Made by a program: the position numbers and the translations under genes | Notes under the pieces: generated by a model | Databases searched by the model: none | What the model saw: the letters and a program-made list of their open reading frames with translations, nothing else | What the model was told of the DNA's origin: nothing | NCBI RefSeq assembly: GCF_009914755.1 | Contig: NC_060935.1 | Length of the DNA: 64,000 nt | Origin: the human T2T-CHM13v2.0 reference genome, Homo sapiens | Strand: one strand, 5' to 3' | Part shown: positions 55,130-64,000 of the stretch, in pieces | Numbering within the stretch: the first letter of the stretch is position 1 | Layout: the number at the start of each line of letters is the position of its first letter

Positions 55130-57138
55130 TAGTACTATAAATGTCTTTACATTACAGTATTGCCTTTGGGTCCAGGCACTCAACCTTGTCTATGGCATGA
55201 GTCACAGCAACTTTTTGCAGAAAGCAACCCCAAAGTTTAAGGCCATTTATATGACCCTTGTTGATTTGGACAGCTTAACAGCCCCATCTCCCCATTTAGT
55301 GGCACTCAGATTTTGCTTTAGAGGACTACCTTCTTCCCAGTGTAGTCTGGCCAAAAAGTGGGTACATGACACAAGATAGCAGTAAGCCAATCTCATCCTA
55401 GAATCTCAATCCTGAGAGAGGCTTCCAAAACTGTCGACTCCTGGCTTTCTGGAGTGTGGCTGAATTCCCCACCCCCCCGCCCCCAAAAAAGTTCCCAGAA
55501 ATTCATTTTCTGCTTAAATTCATCAAAATTGTTTCTCATTCCTTAGAACTCACATGAAATGAGCTTCTTTGCTCAGCCGGTGGCTGTGGGCATGGTCAGT
55601 ACTTCCTCAGGCCAAAAAAAAAAAAAAAAACCTATTGATGTAAGGAAAGACACTGAGCTAACAGAGAACACAGAGCACCAAGGTAATGCTAAGTTTTGAT
55701 AAGCAAGTTTCTATTTTCCTATGTTCAGGGAACGGCATCAACAGAAGAAAGCTGGCACTGCTCAGGATGTCTTCTTTCAGTTGCTACCATTAAGCATACT
55801 GCATATCCTTTTCGGCCATAACCACATTCACCCACTTGTTATATTTCATTTTCAGAAAAGCATCATTCATTGCACTCGGTTTGTCCAACAGAGTATAATC
55901 AAGGGTTTTTTTTCAACATTAATCAAGAAATTCCTCCATCTGCAAAAGTCAGCCTATGCCATTAAATACAGCCAAGATCATAAAATACAAATGTCATTAG
56001 GTCTACTGAATCTTGAGATTCATTCACTAGAATACACAGGGAAAAGGAAAAAGTTTGCCCTTGTGAAAGGTGTGTATCATTTTTTAGAAGAGCTTCTGAA
56101 AGCCTCAAACATCTGTGAGTGTGCTAAGAGCCGTTACAAAGGTATTTTATACAATCTATGCTGAGTCAGCTAGGAGTTAGCAGGAGGCTGGATGCAGATG
56201 GTAAAACATACCCCTGCAGATCTGTTGTTATTAAGGATGACCTTTGGAAGTCTCAAACTGTAACCACAAAGGGTGTCCCCACTGCATTCATACTATATAC
56301 ACACATACCTGAACTGCCTTTCTACCAGTAACATTTAAAATAAGCACACTTAATACTGCCAGTCACATGTAGTAGAGTGTTCACTCTGTAACTGTGTGTG
56401 GCAAAGCCAAGATATCCTACCATTCCAATAAAAAAAAGGCAAGGAAATAGCTTTAACACACCATTGATGTATGCTATTACACTTTTCCAGTGGAAGATAA
56501 CAAAGCCCATATAAAATTTAAAGACAGAGGAAAAACTCGATTTTCAGCCACTTGTACCTCTCTAAGTTTTCATGCCCTGCTATCTGGAACACTTCCCCAC
56601 TTCCCTGCCAGAAGTCCTCTAGCTCTGCATTAAGGATCTTGTTGTCCCTGACTGACACCCACATATGGAACATTTGGCATGCCTCCATGGCAACACGGGA
56701 TCCCTGAAGTTTATGAAAGCGTTCCATGTGAGAGAGGATGCTCATATACTCCTGCCCCACCCTCCAAAGATGTACTAATGATGCTAACTGACTACATCCA
56801 AGGAGCCAGAGGAAAAATAATCTGAGGGCTGCAGAGAACCCACTCAAGCTGTCACTGCAAAGCTGGTCTTCCCAAGAGCAAAGGAGGAAGCATGCAATCT
56901 AGTTCAAGTCACACCTACTTCACTCTTAGACTTCTTCCTTCAAGTGGGGCTTCCCTGCAAACAGGACTGGTCTTCAAAGTCTCCCAGAGCCCCTCTATCT
57001 TAGCCAGGTTGCTCAAGCTAATTTTATTCTTTCCCAACAGGATCCATTTGGAAAATATCAAGCCTTTAGAATGTGGCAGCAAGAGAAAGCGGACTACGCA
57101 GGAACGGGGAGTTTGGGAGAAGCTCTCCTGGTGTTGAC

Positions 57139-57356
57139 TTAGGGATGAAGGCTCCAGGCTGCTGCCAGAAATGGAGTCACCAGCAGAAGAACTGTTTTCT
57201 CTGATAAGGATGTCCCACCATTTTCAAGCTGTTCGTTAAAGTTACACAGGTCCTTCTTGCAGCAGTAGTACGTTAGCTCATTTTCCCTCAAGCGGGTTGT
57301 GACGTCGTTGAAATTGCAATGCTCAAACTTCCAACACTTGTTATACACTTGTAACC
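57139..57356 (-). CDS. CD59: CD59 terminal coding exon (G-LQVYNKCWKFEHCNFNDVTTRLRENELTYYCCKKDLCNFNEQLEN-GGTSLSEKTVLLLVTPFLAAAWSLHP*): end of Ly6/uPAR domain plus GPI signal
   Basis: Recognised CD59 sequence; CCxxDLCN LU motif; acceptor tctccccacag, phase 1; TAA at 57139-57141; upstream exons lie beyond the window. Confidence 0.97.
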
Positions 57357-57719
57357 CTGTGGGGAGACACACACAAGGGTAAGAAAGTAAGTGGGAAGAG
57401 TTCTGTATCTGCTTTTGAATCCTCAATTCTATTTCGTATGTATCCTGTGCAAGTAGAGACTTCTAGGCAAGATGCTCATCCCAGGTGGGTTGTAAAGGAG
57501 AACAATTAAGTAAATAATGATACACCTCTAAATAGAGCTTTTACAGAAAACCAAGGTCTCATCAGAGCCAGTATAGTTATGGGGGTGGGACGGAGGAGGA
57601 ACAGGCATTTATACTGTTAAGAGGGAAATTTGGTAATATCTGCCAAGATTTTAAACACATGCCCCCTTTGATCCAGCAATTCCACTTTTAGAATTTACGC
57701 TATGAAGTTACTTGGGGAT

Positions 57720-57870
57720 TTTTTCCTTTTCTTTTCTTTTTTTTTTTTAGAGAGATAAGGTCTCACTTTCTTGCCCGGTCATCTGGTCTTGAACTCCTGG
57801 GCTCAAGTGGTCCTCCTGCTTCAGCCTCCCAAAGTGATAGAATTATAGGGGTGAGCCACCATGCCCAGCC
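57720..57870 (-). mobile_element. Alu monomer (FLAM)
   Basis: Left-arm Alu with poly-T. Confidence 0.85.
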
Positions 57871-58396
57871 AAAGCTATGTATAAGATATATGCTCAAGAA
57901 TGGTCAGAAAAAAACCTGAAAAACCCAGTCCATTAATTTTTAAAAAGTGTTAAAGAAATTACAATAGAATTCCTTACAATGCAAGTTCCATGCAGATAAG
58001 AAATGACGTGGGCCTTCAAGTGCTAACATGGAAGGAGCTTGATTTAAAAAAAAAAAAATAAAGGTGGGGGGGGGGCAGAAAAATAGGTAAACTGGACTCC
58101 ATCAAAATTTAAAACTTTTGTGCTTCAAAGGACATTATCAAAAAATAAAAAGATAACTCACAGAAAGGGAGAAAATGTTTGCAAATCACATGTAAACCAC
58201 CAGGTGCGGTGGCTCACACCTGTAATCCCAACACTTTGGGAGGCTGAGATGGGAGAATTGTTTGAGGCGGGAAGTTTCAGACCAGCCTGGTCAACATGGC
58301 AAGACCCCCTCTCTATTTCTTTTTTAAAGTCATATGTAAGAGCATAGTATCCAGGATATAGAAAACATTCTTAAACTCTACAATAAAAAGACTAAC

Positions 58397-58518
58397 CCAA
58401 TTAAAATATGGACAATGAGGCCAGTGTGATGGCTCACACCTGTAATCCCAGCACTTTAGGAGGCTGAAGTGAGAGGATTGCCTGCGGCCAGCCTGGGCAA
58501 CATAGTGATATCCCAACT
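58397..58518 (-). CDS. CD59: Candidate Alu-derived alternative CD59 cassette exon ([41 protein letters not shown])
   Basis: Poly-U acceptor from the antisense Alu linker (ttttgtag|AG), donor TGG|gttagt; open frame from phase 1. Confidence 0.6.
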
Positions 58519-58700
58519 CTACAAAAATAAAAAATAAAAAAATTAGCCAGGCAGGGTGTTGCGCCTTTAGTCTTAGCTACTTGGGAGGCTGAGGCAGGAG
58601 GATCACTTGGACTCAGGACTTTAAGGCTGCAGTGAGCTATGATTGTACTGCTGCATTCCAGCCTAGGCAACAAAGCAAGACCTTGCCTCTTTAAAAAAAA
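58419..58700 (+). mobile_element. AluJ (antisense to CD59)
   Basis: Alu consensus with a left-arm deletion. Confidence 0.9.
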
Positions 58701-59037
58701 ATGGGCAAAGGATTTGAATAAACATTTCTCCAAAGAAGATTCTCAAATGGCCAATAAGTACATGAAAAGATGCTTGATATCATTAGTCATTAGGAACATG
58801 CAAATGAAAATCACAGTGAGATACCACTTTATACTCACTAGGATGGCTAAGATCAAGAAAATGGTAAATAGCAAATGTTGCAAGGAAGTGGAAAAAATTG
58901 GAACCCTCAAACATTGCTGGTGGGAATGTAAAATGGTGTAGATACTCTGGACAAATTTGGCATTTCTGCAAAAAGTTAAAGATAGAGTTATCCATTTGAC
59001 TGAGCAATTCCACTCACAAGTGTATATACTTCTGCCA

Positions 59038-60169
59038 TTCTCTGGAAGGATTCCCAAGTAATTTAATACTGTTATCATCATGGAAGAATACACTTCGTTT
59101 ATGTTTCTATTGAGTTTTTCAAATTTGCCACATGGATAATTTTTAAAATATTTGAAACTTCATTTTAAAAATCATTAGATTATTCAGTAATACAGGAAAA
59201 GTTTCTATAAGAACATGCTATCATGGTCTCATTTTTGGAAAAATAGCCTTGGGCACACAGGAAAATAAAGGCCAGATGTATACACTCCAAGTATCTTATC
59301 GTAGTTTGAATTGAAAACTACGTTCACACACAAGTTTCCACATGAATGTTCATGGCACCATGATTCAAAATTGCTAAAAAGTGGAAACAACCCATATGTC
59401 CATTACTGGTGAATGGATAAACAAAATGTGATATATCCACACAATAGAATACTATGTGGCCACAACAGAATGAAGTACTGATACATGCCACAGCATGAGT
59501 GAACCTTGGAAACATTATGTTTAGTGAAAAAAAAGCTAGTCGCAAAGTGCCACAATACTGTATGATTCCTTGCATATGAAGTGCCCAGGAGAGCCAAATC
59601 TATGAAGACAGAAAGTACATCAGTCACTGCTGGGGCATGCAGGAGGGAGGAATGAGGACTGACTGCTAACAGGTTTCTTTTCAAGGTGACAGAAAGATCC
59701 TGGAATTAGACAGTTGCGATAAGTCATACAACCTTGTAAATATACTAAGAGCCACTGAATTATACACTTTAAAATGTAAACGTTCTGGTCTGTGAATTAT
59801 ATCTCAATAAAAACCCTAGATGCAGAACAGTGTATAGAATGTGACCCATTTGTGGAAATAAAGCACATATACATTGAGGTAAGTGCATTTATTTTTCTCT
59901 GGAAGGATTCCCAAGTAATTTAATAGTGTTATCATCATGGAAGAATACACTTCGTTTATGTTTCTATTGAGTTTTTTTAATTTGCCACATGGATGATTTA
60001 TTTTTAAAATATTTGAAACTTCATTTTAAAAATCATTAGATTATTCAGTAATACTGGAAAAGTTTCTACAAAAAACACGCCATCATGGTCCCATTTTTGG
60101 AAAAATAGCCTTGGGCACACAGGAAAATAAAGGCCAGAAGTATATACTCCAAGTATCTTATCACAGTTT
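59038..60169 (+). repeat. Direct duplication of ~270 bp (59038-59307 and 59895-60169)
   Basis: Manual alignment, >90% identical. Confidence 0.93.
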
Positions 60170-61187
60170 TTTTAATATTCAGAAAAAGCATGTTAGGTGA
60201 AAAATGTATTAGTTGAGAGAGTGGTATTATGGTAGATTTTCTTCTCCAAAAATAACTGAGTGCCTGTGTGCTAGATACTGGGGTATAAGAAGGTATTTGT
60301 CCTTGCCCTGAAAGTGGTTTCTTATCTTCTGTGCTGGAAAGAAAAAAACGCAGATGCATACTTCCTTATTTCAGGCTTGTAGCTAATTTACCCAATTCCA
60401 TGCAGAGCTTGGAACACAACACTTCTCAGTTTATAACTGCAGGCATAACTGTCCTGTCCTCCTCCTCTGAGGGGATGGGTATCTGGATTGGAATTTAATG
60501 AAGTTTAGTCAAGTGGCAGAGTCCACATAGAGTATTCCAGAAATGGCTCTAGTTGCTGAAGTCTTAACTAAATAACTGGAAGCTTCTAATATTGTACTAG
60601 AGGCTGCTGGTGATTCAGACAAGTTACTGCTTTGTAACAGTAATTACGCATTGGAACTTGAAAAGCTTTAAAGCTATCAGAATTTTAATTAGGGAAGCCT
60701 AGAAGCTTGGGGAGAACAGACAGTAATTTATGAATAATTGCTACCAATTAATCATTTACTATGTGTCGTGCAGCGTACCAAAGTGCTTTACTTGAATTAT
60801 CATATTCAAACAACAGCCTTAACGATGGTAATAATCTCACCAAAGCCAGCCTTGGAATTATCCACATAAAAGTGGCTTATATCAGAATCCCTGGAGTGTT
60901 ACAGGTTTTCTCCTCCTCACTCTTTTTGAAGACTTCGGCTCAAGTCTATCTAAAGTCAACAGTCTTCAGCTGTCCTAGGCACCCTTAAATGTGGCCCTTG
61001 TTCAGAACGTCATTACAGCAGTGACCACTTGACACTGTCATCAGAGGCTCCTTCAAGACTAAGTACATTTAACCTTGCTTACACTTCCATGGTTTATACT
61101 GCTAGGATGCCAGTAAATATTGGTTGAATTAGCAGCCAACCTGTCTCTCTTCTAGACTTACTTTGTATAGCACCATCATATCTGTCT

Positions 61188-62240
<1,053 letters not shown>

Positions 62241-62331
62241 TTTTAGTTTTGTAATAAACTACCAAACTGTCATCCACAGTAGCTATACTGGTTTGCATTC
62301 CCACTAGGAATGAATCAAAGTTCCCACTGCT

Positions 62332-62638
62332 GCTGGGCGTGGTAGCTCACGCCTGTAATCCCAGCACTTTGGGAGGCCGAGGCAGGCAGATCACTTGAGG
62401 CCAGGAGTTTGAGATGAGCCTGGGCAAAATAGTGAAACCCCGTCTCTACTAAAAATACAAAAATTAGCTGGGCATGGTGGCTTATGCCTGTAATCCCAAT
62501 TACTCAGGAGGCTGAGGCATGAGAATCACTTGAACCCTGGAGGCAGAGGTTGCAGTGAGCCAAGATTGCACCACTGCCCTCTAGCCTAGGTGACAGAGCA
62601 AGACCTTGTCTCAAAAAAGAAAAAAAAAACCAGAAAAA
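62332..62638 (+). mobile_element. AluS
   Basis: Full Alu; TSD caaagttccca(c/t)tg. Confidence 0.95.
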
Positions 62639-64000
62639 CAAAGTTCCCATTGTTCCACATCCTCACCAGCATCTGGAGTTGTCAGAGTTTTGGAGTTTGG
62701 CCATTTTAATAGGTGTGTCTCATTTTTGTTTACATTAACCATTTATAAGAAATTTTGGGATTTAAGAGCTGGAAAAAGATCTTGGCTTTGACCTCCTTTC
62801 CTCTCCTCCCTACCTCTGCTGTCCAACACATACATTTCATAAATGAAAAACAGAGGTGGAGAGAGCTAGCTGGTGGCAGGACAGAAGTCAGAGCTCTAAT
62901 TGCTGCTGTAATATTCATTCAACACATAGTAATTGCCCTTATCGTCTCATTTGGAAACTATACTTAGTTTAATTATACTTAGTAGTGAGGAGTCCAAGAG
63001 ACACAGTTGATCAAGCTAAAGAGCCAAGTCTTCTGTGCTCGTACATAATGACCATGTTCTCGCTAGGGGCCTTACTACGCTTCCTACATTAACAGTGAAT
63101 GAATATGGTCTTCCAGTGGGGGCAGAGGGACTGGTGCCCTACAGAATCAAGAGCTCTGAATGGAAGGTTTGGAGTTTTAGCTGCAATCCAGCTAAACTAT
63201 ATCAAATTTATCAAATCCAGCTAAATATATCAAAATTATCAGATGCCCCTGTTTTTTTAGACAGGGTAACTATAATTTGTCTTTAGTTATTGAGGGATTT
63301 CTCCTTTCTGGGGAAGTTAATCATCTTTATCTCAGGTTTTTCTGAACATGTGGGTGTCCCAAGGCTTTTCTGAGTTTACCTGACATGTTCACCATTTCTT
63401 GATGTTGACACTGGGGGGAGCTGGTGTAGAAGGTCTAAGAGTACAAATAACCTTGTGGAGTGTTTTTATTATTAATCTCTTAGAAATCTAAGCCTGAGGG
63501 TTTTACCTTGGACACTAAGAACATTCTGAAACTGCCATTCCTCGCTGGCATCATTTGCACACATCGATTCTATCCAGAACCACACCCCAGCAAGAACAGA
63601 GGGCATGTCTTTGCTGGTTTCTTTCCTCTGTCTACCACTTCCTAAACTCTATTTTAACAGGGTGATGGAGGTGAATATTCTGTAGTCTAACAAATTTGGA
63701 AAATGCAGACTGGACAGGACTTGTGCATGTTAGCATTGCCCATCCCCAAATTCATGAGCACCTTGCTCTGAGGCTACCGAGCCCTGGCACCTGCTGTTGC
63801 CCCTCCCAGGCACACCCTTCCCTTCTTAGCCCTCTTACCTCCTACGTGTCCTTTGAGCTCAGCTTGAGTCTCCTCAGGACTCTGAATATACCAGATACCC
63901 CATGGAATGAGACAGAGGCATATATAATGACATTTAGGACAGCCAAACAGGCCTTTGTCATAATTTTAATTGTATGTGTCCTTTCTTTATCTTTGCATCC

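Larger units (their letters stand above)
51890..57138 (-). other. CD59: CD59 3'UTR with alternative polyadenylation (may extend further toward ~50000)
   Basis: Minus-strand AATAAA at 57023-57028 (proximal) and a cluster at 52313, 52013 and 51912; CD59 is known to have several poly(A) isoforms. Confidence 0.65.
58075..59815 (+). mobile_element. L1MB-like 3' fragment interrupted by FLAM (~58198-58325), AluJ (58419-58700) and a 270 bp templated insertion
   Basis: aaatgggcaaaggatttgaataaacatttctccaaagaagat; ends gaattatatctcaataaaa. Confidence 0.8.

Overview
Primate (very likely human 11p13) genomic DNA. It holds three genes: the last four coding exons and ~6 kb 3'UTR of KIAA1549L (+ strand, 3010-~21105), the complete two-exon C11orf91 gene on a CpG island (- strand, 45440-47752, 193 aa), and the terminal exon, long 3'UTR and part of the preceding intron of CD59 (- strand). 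The rest is transposon-rich: a full-length decayed L1PB with TSDs, a MER52 solo LTR, MaLR/MLT LTRs, Tigger3, MER3, MER63, L2/MIR and many Alus. The most interesting structure is a set of splice signals that can replace the CD59 GPI-anchor signal. These are a phase-compatible CD59-to-C11orf91 exon 2 read-through (including a cryptic donor right at the GPI omega site) and an antisense-Alu cassette exon that frameshifts the last exon. From memory both resemble the published intracellular 'IRIS' CD59 isoforms, so they are probably not new. Other unexplained non-TE structure includes a ~465 bp near-identical direct duplication 3' of the CD59 stop, a 150 bp inverted repeat, twin hairpins in the C11orf91 intron, and several templated local duplications. 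No CRISPR arrays, tRNA or rRNA genes were seen. Gene and repeat names come from recognition, not database searches.
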